The position numbers and the translations under genes are program-made. DNA of 47,965 nt from an uncultured Candidatus Saccharibacteria bacterium (GTDB taxonomy: Bacteria > Patescibacteriota > Minisyncoccia > Phycocordibacterales > CAIZLB01), in assembly GCA_964443365.1 (NCBI GenBank), contig CAYUCM010000001.1:6467-54431 (forward strand). Reading direction: 5' to 3'. Below are positions 1 through 8,627 of this stretch, one piece after another. A model generated the notes under the pieces. That model saw only the letters and a list, made by a program, of their open reading frames with translations. It had not been told where the DNA came from and searched no databases. Positions within the stretch are counted from its first letter, which is position 1. Every line of letters starts with the position of its first letter.

Positions 1-1
1 T

Positions 2-94
2 TATGAGCCTTGGCACTTCAGATTCATCGGAATAGATAATGCACGAGATATATTCAATCAAAAAATAACCATTCAGGAATTTTTGAGTTTATAA
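2..94 (+). CDS. C-terminal fragment of a VanY/M15-type D-Ala-D-Ala carboxypeptidase (5' part outside window)
   Basis: Frame 2 reads YEPWHFRFIGIDNARDIFNQKITIQEFLSL-stop. EPWH-x-R-[FY]-[IV]-G is the conserved C-terminal His motif of VanY-like zinc peptidases. Confidence 0.55.
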   Translation, partial: YEPWHFRFIGIDNARDIFNQKITIQEFLSL

Positions 95-104
95 CACCCA
101 CTAG

Positions 105-653
105 CTAGTAAGAGGTCTTTTTTAAACTTCCGGGACTGTAGAATTCTCGTTTAAAGAACAAAGTTTTGTTTGTGTCTAAATCGCGCAATTCCATCTGCTC
201 ATAATCTTCTGTAAAAGAAATTGCATAATTTAATTCTGCATCATCAATTAATCTTTGATATAAATAAGAACCTTTTGGCAAATTTGAATATTTAGTATTA
301 GATAAATCGCTTTTTAATAACCAAGCGCCGGAATTAACAAGAGAACCATTTTTGTATTCAAAGTATCTATTTAAATCCCTGAACACAAAAACTTGTTTTG
401 AATTTTCAGTGTTTCTCCATTTCCCCTCTATCTTTTTTTCATAAGTATTCAGGGTTGAATTATAAGAATAAACAACGTCTGTAGCACTTGAGTTGTACGA
501 ATTTAAAGAAAGTGTCGTGGCACCTCCCAAAACATCAATATATTGTTGATATTTTTGACCGATAATAAAAACTAAATAAGGAAACACTCCAAAGAAAAAT
601 ATTATCGAAAGCAATCTTGAGTACCATGTTACTTTAAAGAATTCGATTTTCAT
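105..653 (-). CDS. hypothetical membrane-anchored protein
   Basis: ORF track 105..728. I chose the internal Met (MKIEFFKVTWYSRLLSIIFFFGVFPYLVFII) because it gives an N-terminal TM helix and avoids overlapping the upstream gene, which ends at 671. Confidence 0.5.
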   Translation of the reverse strand: MKIEFFKVTWYSRLLSIIFFFGVFPYLVFIIGQKYQQYIDVLGGATTLSLNSYNSSATDVVYSYNSTLNTYEKKIEGKWRNTENSKQVFVFRDLNRYFEYKNGSLVNSGAWLLKSDLSNTKYSNLPKGSYLYQRLIDDAELNYAISFTEDYEQMELRDLDTNKTLFFKREFYSPGSLKKTSY

Positions 654-670
654 ATAGCTATTATAGCTCA

Positions 671-1861
671 CTAATAGGATGTGCAAATGATTTGAAACAA
701 CATTCCCGTTTTTACAACCGCCGCCCAATGCTCTTGATCAACCTTTGAAACACCCGCTGTGTGATGACTAACAGAAACCTTTCCAGCACTATCTATAACA
801 AGAACCGTGGAACCCGGGTTGGTTGGTGCCCCGTTGTTGTTTTTATCACCCTGATCTAATGTGTTTGTTAATTCCACAACAGTTTCAGTCTTTTTGGTTT
901 TTGGATTAACTCTCTTATATATGTTTTTAATATGACTGATATGAGAGCCATTCCCTTGAGCTGTCCAATTATGAAACATACAATCAGTCTTTTTGTTCCA
1001 GAAAAGTTTTAGGATATTATCCATATTAGTTACAGCTGCAATGTTCATCCAAGCCTTACCCAAAAAAGTATTCTTATATTTTTTATATATCTTCTGTAGA
1101 TTACTAAGGCTTATACCAGTTTCACCTTTATTAATTACGTTCTGCATCAACCACTCTAAATATTGTGAATTCCAAACTATTTTTCCATTAACAACACTTG
1201 ATGTTGCCATTCCATTAGGAGGGATTAGTCCGAGAGTTGTGTTTACAGAATGAGCAACACTCAATAAACCGCACGTTCCATAAAGACCAGAGAGTATTGG
1301 CATAACTGGCAACTTATTAGTTGCATCCTGTTTATTTTTAACACTCCCCCTCTCAGCACAAGAACTTGATTGAACAATAAAGTCCTTGTTTAAATAATAA
1401 GAATTAGCATAAACACCAGCGCTTTCAGATGTTCCACTTTTTTCTAAATATAAATTTATTTTAGACCCACCAATAATTTGATTTTTGGTGTAGCTATAAA
1501 AGTCGGCACCGTCATAACTCGTCAAAAACTTAGTCTTTAAATAAAACTCTTGCAATTGTGTTAGATTACCAATTTGAACCAAATACATATTGTATGGATC
1601 ATATAGATTTATCAAAGACAAGGTTTTACTTGTTGAGTTTGTTCCAGATCCCGAGCCTGTGTTTGTAGCCGAACCTGAACCAGATGCAAAACCAGATTGT
1701 CCACTATGGGAACCTGAGCCGCTGCTAAAGCCCATTGTTAATGCTTGATTTTTTATCTTGTTAACAACATTATATTTATTAGATACAAAAAATACCGCAA
1801 AAACAATTAACAAAAATATAGTAATATATAAATACTTTAAACCCGTCTTAATCTTTTTCAT
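671..1861 (-). CDS. membrane-anchored secreted protein, paralog A; possible papain-like (C39-like) cysteine peptidase
   Basis: 396-aa ORF with an N-terminal TM (LYITIFLLIVFAVFFV) followed by a Gly/Ser linker. Candidate Cys in GTCGLLSVAHSVN, His in GSHISHIKNIY, Asp in TNTLDQG. This order resembles the C39-like Cys/His/Asp arrangement. The fold call is inference. Confidence 0.45.
   Translation of the reverse strand: MKKIKTGLKYLYITIFLLIVFAVFFVSNKYNVVNKIKNQALTMGFSSGSGSHSGQSGFASGSGSATNTGSGSGTNSTSKTLSLINLYDPYNMYLVQIGNLTQLQEFYLKTKFLTSYDGADFYSYTKNQIIGGSKINLYLEKSGTSESAGVYANSYYLNKDFIVQSSSCAERGSVKNKQDATNKLPVMPILSGLYGTCGLLSVAHSVNTTLGLIPPNGMATSSVVNGKIVWNSQYLEWLMQNVINKGETGISLSNLQKIYKKYKNTFLGKAWMNIAAVTNMDNILKLFWNKKTDCMFHNWTAQGNGSHISHIKNIYKRVNPKTKKTETVVELTNTLDQGDKNNNGAPTNPGSTVLVIDSAGKVSVSHHTAGVSKVDQEHWAAVVKTGMLFQIICTSY
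1666..1735. repeat. 70-nt segment identical to 2947..3016
   Basis: Base-by-base comparison: tagccgaacctgaaccagatgcaaaaccagattgtccactatgggaacctgagccgctgctaaagcccat occurs in both paralogs. It encodes MGFSSGSGSHSGQSGFASGSGSA on the minus strand. Confidence 0.9.
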
Positions 1862-1921
1862 GAAATAATTATATCACAAAAGAAATACTGACCTTAAACG
1901 ATTATCACACCTTGTTGCAGA

Positions 1922-3130
1922 TTATTTTGTGCTAACACAAATGATTGAAAAAACACCAACGCTCAACATGTTATCCCAGATAGCTCTTTGTCTCTTGCTT
2001 ACTTTACTGTCATGATGACCAAGCGTGATTGTTCCATCGCTTTCCACAATAAGAGTTGTTTTTCCTTGCTCTGTAGGAATGTTAACATGTTTTTTTCCAC
2101 CCTGATCTAATGTGTTTGTTATTTCTATATATTGTTTACCATCTTTTATGTAGATATTACTTATATGACTAATATGTCCGATCAGTTTACCACCCTCTTG
2201 AAGACCATAAGAAACAATGGAACAATCTGTTTTTTTACTATAATATAGCGATATAATCTTAATAAAATCAATTTTATTTACCGACGCGAGCCTGCCCAGC
2301 ACCGCCTTCCATATCTTAAGAATTTCTGGATGACTAACCCAGGCGTTAATCCCCATTTTAGATAAATACATTTTATAAAAATTTAAGACATCTTGTGGTG
2401 CTGTGGCTCCGTTTTGGGGAATTGTGTTCTTCATCAACCACTCTAAATATTCTTTATTCCAAATCCTTTTTCCACCAACAACCGTTGATGTTGCTATCCC
2501 AGCAGGCGGAGTCAATTTTAAAACATTATTAATTGAGTAGGCAGCTGATAATGGAGCACAAATACCAAGGTTCATACTATCAATCTTGGGAGTTTTAGAT
2601 GTGGAACCCGTATTACTTGTTGAAAACGACAGTGTTTTTGCCGAAAATTCAGCTGTAAACTTACAACTTGGAGATTCTACAATAAATTCCTTATTAACAT
2701 AAAATCCACCGTAGATCGCTGAACTTTCCATGTTTTTACTTCTGTCCAAATAGATATCAATTACAGAACCACCAGATATCCAATCTTTAGCATCGTTATA
2801 AAAACTCGTGCCATCGTAATTTGGCAGTGGTTGAATCTTTGAATAGAATTCTTGTAAATTAGCCTGACTGCGAATTTGAATATGCCACATATCAAGAGGG
2901 TTACCAAGATATGTTATTTTCAAAGTGGATCCTGAGCCTGTATTTATAGCCGAACCTGAACCAGATGCAAAACCAGATTGTCCACTATGGGAACCTGAGC
3001 CGCTGCTAAAGCCCATCATTGTTGAGGCTTGATTTCTAATCCTAGAAACAAAATCAGATTTATTAGCAAACAATATACCAGCAAGTATTATTATAATTAC
3101 GATTACAACTATAGATGTCTTGTTTTTCAT
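1922..3130 (-). CDS. membrane-anchored secreted protein, paralog B of 671..1861
   Basis: ORF track 1922..3169; start moved to MKNKTSIVVIVIIIILAGILF (Met14). Same architecture and motifs as paralog A: LGICAPLSAAYSIN, GHISHISNIY, TNTLDQG. Confidence 0.45.
   Translation of the reverse strand: MKNKTSIVVIVIIIILAGILFANKSDFVSRIRNQASTMMGFSSGSGSHSGQSGFASGSGSAINTGSGSTLKITYLGNPLDMWHIQIRSQANLQEFYSKIQPLPNYDGTSFYNDAKDWISGGSVIDIYLDRSKNMESSAIYGGFYVNKEFIVESPSCKFTAEFSAKTLSFSTSNTGSTSKTPKIDSMNLGICAPLSAAYSINNVLKLTPPAGIATSTVVGGKRIWNKEYLEWLMKNTIPQNGATAPQDVLNFYKMYLSKMGINAWVSHPEILKIWKAVLGRLASVNKIDFIKIISLYYSKKTDCSIVSYGLQEGGKLIGHISHISNIYIKDGKQYIEITNTLDQGGKKHVNIPTEQGKTTLIVESDGTITLGHHDSKVSKRQRAIWDNMLSVGVFSIICVSTK
2947..3016. 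repeat. second copy of the 70-nt identical segment
   Basis: Identical to 1666..1735, in direct orientation, offset 1281 nt. Confidence 0.9.
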
Positions 3131-3207
3131 TCTAAAAGTATAACATTGGTAAAAAAATATGCACATCAAAAACTCGTGGTTAATATAACATCAGAAGGTT
3201 TGGCAAA

Positions 3208-4341
3208 CTAGAGACTATTCAAATACTTAACGTATTCCCCAAAGGTCACACATTTTACATCTGGTTTTACGCAAATTTCTTTTGTAAAAGATTTTAAAGC
3301 TTCCCAATAGACGCCATCATTCCATTTAGAAAAATGATGTCCGATTACAACCGGCGCCCTATTCCCATTATATGATTTATTAAAATAATCTATGTAGGAG
3401 CTTTTTACTTCGTTAAAAAAATCTGTCCACAGAACATCTCCGCTTTTAACAACATCCTTACCAGAAGACTGAACAATCCAAAAATTATAATCCATAGCTA
3501 GAGTATGGCCACCTTTATACTTCCCCTTATTTTTTATTCCATTCTCATCAGTTCTCTCTTTGTCGATTTTTACCACCCCAATTCCAATGTGCCAAATTCC
3601 ATTATTGTCTTTTTTGGGAAAACTACCCATAAGAGCCGTGTCACTAGAATCATAATCAAATTTGTTTTTTGCAAGAACTTTATACAGAGATGAATTAATG
3701 CCAAGCTCTGGCGCGCGAAACCCCTTGATTGAGGATGAATTGAACGATAATTTAGCATTATCAACAATAGAAGAAAATTGTGAAAACTCTTTTTGCCAAT
3801 CCTCTTCTGACCACGATCTACCATTAAAATGTCCGACGGCGTGCGATCCAATCTCATGTCCATTTACATACGCATTATTAATAGCGTCAACACGTCTTTT
3901 AATATCATCATCACTTGTTGCATATCCAATCTTAGAATTTCCTGGGAAAGATTTTGGTGGATAATAATCCGCACGAGCCTTTTCCTTCGTTAATAAATAA
4001 ATTGGATTTATAAAATATGTGAAATGAACAGGGTGTCCAGCGTTTTTCATTTCTAGCGCAAAATTTACAGTATCTCTCCACATATCCAATGATCGTGATC
4101 CATCAAAAGAAAGAATCACGTATTGAACGCTACTTGTTCCCGACTGTTGGTTTAATGCAGAGTCTTTAATTTCAATTATGTCCCTAGGTTTTCCCGCGAA
4201 CACAGACATTGCAACCTTATCAAGAGTATTCATGCCTTTGTAAGCAAGGAATCCATTTATGTTAAACAATATTAAAAATAAAGAAATTGTTAGTACAACG
4301 GAAGCAAAAAATATTTTATTTGTAATTAGGTGATTGTTCAT
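3208..4341 (-). CDS. polysaccharide deacetylase (NodB/CE4 homology), N-terminally membrane-anchored
   Basis: 377-aa ORF with TM IFFASVVLTISLFLILF. ILSFDGSRS and NGHEIGSHAVGH resemble the NodB motif 1 and motif 2 metal ligands. Confidence 0.65.
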   Translation of the reverse strand: MNNHLITNKIFFASVVLTISLFLILFNINGFLAYKGMNTLDKVAMSVFAGKPRDIIEIKDSALNQQSGTSSVQYVILSFDGSRSLDMWRDTVNFALEMKNAGHPVHFTYFINPIYLLTKEKARADYYPPKSFPGNSKIGYATSDDDIKRRVDAINNAYVNGHEIGSHAVGHFNGRSWSEEDWQKEFSQFSSIVDNAKLSFNSSSIKGFRAPELGINSSLYKVLAKNKFDYDSSDTALMGSFPKKDNNGIWHIGIGVVKIDKERTDENGIKNKGKYKGGHTLAMDYNFWIVQSSGKDVVKSGDVLWTDFFNEVKSSYIDYFNKSYNGNRAPVVIGHHFSKWNDGVYWEALKSFTKEICVKPDVKCVTFGEYVKYLNSL

Positions 4342-4852
4342 TTTTATTATTTAAATAATTAGCGAGTCTTGCCATGGTGTAAAAGAGTGACGACAATCTA
4401 TTTAAGTATGCAAGAGTCACAGGCTCTGCACCAACAGAGACAACTCTTCTTTCTGTTTTTCTAATCAATGTCCTAGCATAATCCAAAAGCGAAGACTCCT
4501 CCCCTTCTCCAGAAATCAAAAAAGATTTAATAGGTGGTAAGTTTTTTTCCGCTAATGAAATATAGTGTTCACACAAAGAAACCTTGTCTTGTTCTATTTT
4601 CATTGAAGCCCCAGCGATTTCTGCCTGAACAATAAAAAGATTTTGTTGCGTTTCTAAAATTATTTCTGAAAAAGTTTTATCCTCAATTTTGAACGAGTTT
4701 TTTTGGCTCAAATTATATCTGACTACACCCAAAAAAGAATTAGCTTCATCCAAAGAGCCAAGCGCCTCTATGATCTTGTGATCCTTTAAAACTCTTTCAT
4801 TTGTGTTTAGAGTTTTTGTTGTTCCGTTGTCGCCTTTTCCTGTATAAAGCAT
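4316..4852 (-). CDS. PduO-type ATP:cob(I)alamin adenosyltransferase family protein
   Basis: MLYTGKGDNGTTKTLN... matches the N-terminal Y-T-x-x-G-D-x-G-x-T signature of PduO/MMAB proteins. 178 aa. The 3' end overlaps the next gene by 26 nt. Confidence 0.65.
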   Translation of the reverse strand: MLYTGKGDNGTTKTLNTNERVLKDHKIIEALGSLDEANSFLGVVRYNLSQKNSFKIEDKTFSEIILETQQNLFIVQAEIAGASMKIEQDKVSLCEHYISLAEKNLPPIKSFLISGEGEESSLLDYARTLIRKTERRVVSVGAEPVTLAYLNRLSSLFYTMARLANYLNNKNEQSPNYK

Positions 4853-4892
4853 TCAGGAATTATATCAGAAAAGATTAATAGATTGTAATAGG

Positions 4893-4922
4893 TTGACAAT
4901 GTAAGGACAAATGCAATATACT
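4893..4922 (+). promoter_or_regulatory. sigma70-like promoter for the antitoxin gene
   Basis: TTGACA (4893-4898), 18-nt spacer, TATACT (4917-4922), then 6 nt to the ATG at 4929. Confidence 0.5.
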
Positions 4923-4928
4923 TGAACT

Positions 4929-5210
4929 ATGGTAAACGCACAAACAACTATACAAATACGAGTAAAAGAAAGTCTTAAAAATAAAGCATCTAAGGTTTTT
5001 AAAAACATAGGGCTAGATTTATCCTCTGGAATCAAAATATTTTTAGCAGAAGTTGCCAATAATGAAGCTATTCCCTTTTGTCCAGCAACACCCAAAGGCA
5101 AGAAGCTTTTGCATTATAAGTTATATAAAAAAGAGATAGCAGAGGCAGAAGAAAACGGAAAGAGATTTGATTCGGCAAAAGAAATGTTGGATGATATCTT
5201 ACGTGATTAG
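4929..5210 (+). CDS. dinJ: RelB/DinJ-family antitoxin
   Basis: N-terminus TTIQIRVKESLKNKASKVFKNIGLDLSSGIKIFLAEV is the typical DinJ ribbon-helix-helix region. It sits directly upstream of a YafQ-like gene. Confidence 0.7.
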   Translation: MVNAQTTIQIRVKESLKNKASKVFKNIGLDLSSGIKIFLAEVANNEAIPFCPATPKGKKLLHYKLYKKEIAEAEENGKRFDSAKEMLDDILRD

Positions 5211-5262
5211 TTTACACAAAAACTTTTTATTTTCTTCATGTCAACACATATATATTACTTGA

Positions 5263-5541
5263 ATGTATCAGAAAATATACACAAGTAATTTCAAGAAACA
5301 ACTTAGAAGTATTATTCGCGGTGGACAAAATTTTGAGACTGAAATAATTGATGTAATAGAAAAGATTTCAAAAAGAATACCTCTTGATAGTAAATTCCGG
5401 AATCACAAACTTCGGGGTGAACTTTTTGGTCTTTATGAATGCCACATCAGACCAGATTTATTAATGATTTATAGAATCAACGAATTTATTGGAACCGTAA
5501 CCTTTGTTGAAATAGGCAGTCACTCAAAATTATTTGGATAA
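5263..5541 (+). CDS. yafQ: YafQ/RelE-family mRNA interferase toxin
   Basis: FRNHKLRGELFGLYECHIRPDLLMIYRI...VEIGSHSKLFG parallels E. coli YafQ (DHPLQG...RDAHVEPDWILIYK...TGTHAALFG). Confidence 0.7.
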   Translation: MYQKIYTSNFKKQLRSIIRGGQNFETEIIDVIEKISKRIPLDSKFRNHKLRGELFGLYECHIRPDLLMIYRINEFIGTVTFVEIGSHSKLFG

Positions 5542-5545
5542 TAGG

Positions 5546-5628
5546 TGCGCGAGAGAGGATTTGAACCTCCACGCCCTTACGGGCACTACCACCTCAAGGT
5601 AGCGAGTCTACCGTTTCTCCACCCGCGC
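5546..5628 (-). tRNA. tRNA-Leu (anticodon GAG), long variable arm
   Basis: Hand fold of the reverse complement: acceptor gcgcggg/ctcgcgc, anticodon stem ctacc/ggtag with loop ttGAGgt, T arm ggaggttcaaatcctc. Confidence 0.8.
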
Positions 5629-5671
5629 GTAATATAGCTCAACACGCATATTATGTACGAAATAGCAAAAC

Positions 5672-5700
5672 AAAACAAGACCCTCTCGGAGTCTTGTTTT
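5672..5700. terminator. bidirectional intrinsic terminator downstream of rplS
   Basis: aaaacaagac / gtcttgtttt 10-bp stem with a 9-nt loop; A/T tracts on both sides. Confidence 0.7.
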
Positions 5701-5728
5701 GCGAAATAATCAATGCTGACTATCTAGA

Positions 5729-6268
5729 TTATTCTGTTTTTGCGTCTTCTGTAGCTTCTACTGCGTCTTCTGTGTTTACATCTGCTGCTTCTACTACCTC
5801 CTCTACTGCAACTTCTGGCTCAACAACGGCATTTGCCAATTCTTCAGCCTCAAGTCTTGCGGCTTCTGCTTTTGTAAGATGAGATGAATCACGCTTTGTC
5901 ATTTCCATCTTCATTCTCTTACTAATTTCTTTAGCCGCCTTCTCTCTAATATAGTAAAGTTTTGAACGACGAACCTTGGCACGCTTAACCACTTCTATTT
6001 TATCAATGTTTGGAGAAAATAGTGGAAATATTCTTTCTACACCATATCCACCTGAAACTTTTCTAACTGTAAAAGTAGCTCCGGCTTCATTTCCGTGCTT
6101 TCTGGCAAGAACAAGACCTTCAAAAATCTGAATTCTTGTTTTGCCTTTTTCTTGAATTTTTTGGTGAACTTTAACGGTGTCACCCACGCGCATATCAAAT
6201 TCCTTTCTAGTAGCGTCTGTTTTTGCCACCTTAAGTTCTTTTGTTGCTGGTTTTTTAGCTGCTGTCAT
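5729..6268 (-). CDS. rplS: ribosomal protein L19 with Lys-rich N-terminal and acidic C-terminal extensions
   Basis: [66 protein letters not shown] is the L19 core. The start at MTAAKK is supported by a promoter 7 nt upstream. Confidence 0.9.
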   Translation of the reverse strand: MTAAKKPATKELKVAKTDATRKEFDMRVGDTVKVHQKIQEKGKTRIQIFEGLVLARKHGNEAGATFTVRKVSGGYGVERIFPLFSPNIDKIEVVKRAKVRRSKLYYIREKAAKEISKRMKMEMTKRDSSHLTKAEAARLEAEELANAVVEPEVAVEEVVEAADVNTEDAVEATEDAKTE

Positions 6269-6275
6269 AGGGAGC

Positions 6276-6284
6276 AATATAGCA
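6276..6284 (-). promoter_or_regulatory. extended -10 element (TGcTATATT) for rplS
   Basis: Minus strand reads ttTGcTATATTgctccctATG, with 7 nt between the hexamer and the ATG at 6268. Confidence 0.5.
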
Positions 6285-6321
6285 AAGTTATAGGGTTTTG
6301 GCAAATCCAAACAGCCAGTAT

Positions 6322-7146
6322 TTATAGCAATTCACACACATTTTGAAAATCCCTAGGAAGCCCAGCCTCAAATTCAGAAACGGTGCCAGTTAAAACATCT
6401 TCAGAATTATCCTTATTAATCACATCCTTTGGCAAAATAACCCTTATTTTACGAGCGTGAAGGGCGAGGCGTGTAAAACCAAGAGCGAGTGGGTGATTTT
6501 CAGCATAAAGACCATCGCCAACAATAGGATTATTAATCGCTTTAAAATGAACTCTAATTTGATGAGTTCTCCCAGTCTTTGGATAGACTTCGACAAAAGA
6601 AAAAGCTAGAGGAATTTTAGAATTACCCTTTCCAACCATTATGTTTCCGCGTCCCATAACAGGATCACCCTCAAATCTTTTAAGAACTTTGTAAGCAGTA
6701 ATCGCCATGCGCATTTCCCCTCTTGCAAAACGTTGGGCACTCCATTTTCTAAAATCATTTTTACTTCTCCCAATTGGTCTATCAATCACCCCTTCATCTT
6801 CTTTAACGAGTCCCCACACGAAAGTATTATAAGTTTTTTCTATTGTGTGATTTTGAAACTGCGATTTAAGAATATTAAAAGCCTCTTGTGTTTTTGCAAT
6901 TAACATTACACCAGATGTTTCCTTGTCTAATCTGTGTACGATTCCGGGACGTGGCAAAACTGTAGGCTCTTTACTTGGACCGCGATTAATAATCATTGGT
7001 TCTCCAATGTCTTGCAGTTCAGGAAACTCTTCTACTATAAAATCACACAGAGTTTTTTCTGTGGTTTTACCATCGCCGTGAACGATTACGCCCGCAGGCT
7101 TGTTTATGACTAAAACGTCTGAATCTTGATAAATAATGTTTAACAT
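6322..7146 (-). CDS. RluA-family pseudouridine synthase
   Basis: [15 protein letters not shown] catalytic-Asp motif, plus the C-terminal GRTHQIRVH motif. Confidence 0.8.
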   Translation of the reverse strand: MLNIIYQDSDVLVINKPAGVIVHGDGKTTEKTLCDFIVEEFPELQDIGEPMIINRGPSKEPTVLPRPGIVHRLDKETSGVMLIAKTQEAFNILKSQFQNHTIEKTYNTFVWGLVKEDEGVIDRPIGRSKNDFRKWSAQRFARGEMRMAITAYKVLKRFEGDPVMGRGNIMVGKGNSKIPLAFSFVEVYPKTGRTHQIRVHFKAINNPIVGDGLYAENHPLALGFTRLALHARKIRVILPKDVINKDNSEDVLTGTVSEFEAGLPRDFQNVCELL

Positions 7147-7209
7147 TAAGTCTATAGTACCTGATATTGATATTATTTCAATAATAGTATATATTAGAGC
7201 AATAAATGA

Positions 7210-7285
7210 GGGCGATTAGCTCAGTTGGTAGAGCAACTCATTTACACTGAGAAGGTCAGGGGTTCAAGTCCCTTATCGCCCACCA
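7210..7285 (+). tRNA. tRNA-Val (anticodon UAC), CCA encoded
   Basis: gggcgat-ta-gctcagttggtagagc-a-actca-ttTACac-tgaga-aggtc-aggggttcaagtccctt-atcgccc-a-cca. Confidence 0.85.
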
Positions 7286-7331
7286 ATTAAAAAACGTGCA
7301 CCATGTGTGTGCGTTTTTTAATATATGGTTA

Positions 7332-7358
7332 GTCCGCCGCAAGGAGCTTGCGGCGGAC
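7332..7358. terminator. perfect 12-bp G+C-rich hairpin downstream of the 7427..8479 gene
   Basis: gtccgccgcaag-gag-cttgcggcggac. The U-tract is weak on either strand, so terminator function is uncertain. Confidence 0.4.
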
Positions 7359-7426
7359 TGTTAATTTGATGTCGGATAAACACTTGCGTGCATTCCGGTT
7401 TTAATCTTATAAGCAGAAGTAACGAG

Positions 7427-8479
7427 CTAGCGCCTTGACGCAAAGAAGCGACAAAGTGGGCAGTTCTCTGCAGTATAGATTCCGTTTGGCCTGAAAATAT
7501 TGGAGAAAATTGACACACCGCCAATCTCCAACCACTCAGACATGTTTAGGTTTGAAACGCAAGCAAGAGGTTTGAAGGCTTTTCCAATCACATTGTGAAA
7601 ATCAGCGGCGGTGAGGTCTGAAAAACACATTGACTCATCATACCTCTCACAGGTGATTAGATTGGCAAAAAGCACCAACCTTTCATCTGAAGGAGGATCA
7701 ATAGCCCTCAGAAGGTGAAGGTCCCCGACCTCTGGCGTTTTTACCATGTGAGATTCATTTCTGGGAGCAAAGAAATACTCCCTGAAATTGTCAAAGAAGG
7801 TGTAGGTCTGACAAGTCCCCCTGTCAACAAAAATAAATACGGGCTTACGCGGACGAAGCGCCTCATTGGTCCTCGGGTGTTTTTGGACACCCTTGGCACA
7901 ATTAAACGAATCATATCGAATATTGTCCGTACCCCATTTCATTAATGCATGCCTCAAACACGCAGTGACCCCCACATCTGTTTTTAGTCTGGGCATGAGA
8001 TCGTTGTCTATATCAGTGACCATGATGTAGCCATCATAATTTGATACACGTTGATTCCACAACTCCAGCTGATGAGGTCCACCGTTATGTCTTGTCTCAA
8101 TTGAAAGTTGTGTCTCCAGCCACTTGTCCACCTCAGAGACAAAGTCGCCAATGAAAGCGCTTACCTTATCTGGACCACCGTTGAAGAGTTTATTGTAACT
8201 TAATCTGTAAACGTAATGAACACCGTTTCTTACGTGGTGTCTGGCAGGATCTACAAATCCATACTCACGCAACAGACCGTCCTTCCTTAATCTTTCTGCA
8301 AGATCAAGAGAAAGTGAAGGCATATACATCCAGCCCTCATTCGTGCGATAAGAGGCGTCGCCCACCCGATTTGTCCTACTGGATAACTCTGAATACGGTG
8401 TTTCAAAGCAAACAAAAGGATTAAAATCAGAATGAAACTTTTGCCTCTCCAGCACCTCTGGTGAAGTTAAGATTTTCAT
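7427..8479 (-). CDS. orphan 350-aa Cys/Trp-rich protein of atypical composition
   Basis: Long uninterrupted ORF. No family recognised. Contains a hydrophobic strand followed by D-x-D (YIMVTDIDNDL). Visibly higher G+C than neighbouring genes. Confidence 0.6.
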   Translation of the reverse strand: MKILTSPEVLERQKFHSDFNPFVCFETPYSELSSRTNRVGDASYRTNEGWMYMPSLSLDLAERLRKDGLLREYGFVDPARHHVRNGVHYVYRLSYNKLFNGGPDKVSAFIGDFVSEVDKWLETQLSIETRHNGGPHQLELWNQRVSNYDGYIMVTDIDNDLMPRLKTDVGVTACLRHALMKWGTDNIRYDSFNCAKGVQKHPRTNEALRPRKPVFIFVDRGTCQTYTFFDNFREYFFAPRNESHMVKTPEVGDLHLLRAIDPPSDERLVLFANLITCERYDESMCFSDLTAADFHNVIGKAFKPLACVSNLNMSEWLEIGGVSIFSNIFRPNGIYTAENCPLCRFFASRR

Positions 8480-8627
8480 GCGGTTGCGGTTTAAAAAAAT
8501 TGGAAAGAACGATAATAAGCAGCGTGCTTACAAATCCCCCCAGGCAAGAATACTCCCACAATTTAAAAAAGCAAGTCCAAAAAAACGCCCGCCTTCTATC
8601 TCCAAAATAAATCTAGATATGAATCAA

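Noticed and set aside
7296-7326. Imperfect hairpin aaaaaacgtgcac...gtgtgcgtttttt after tRNA-Val as a separate regulatory element
   Set aside because: It is most simply the tRNA-Val transcription terminator. The stem is imperfect and I could not define it precisely by eye.
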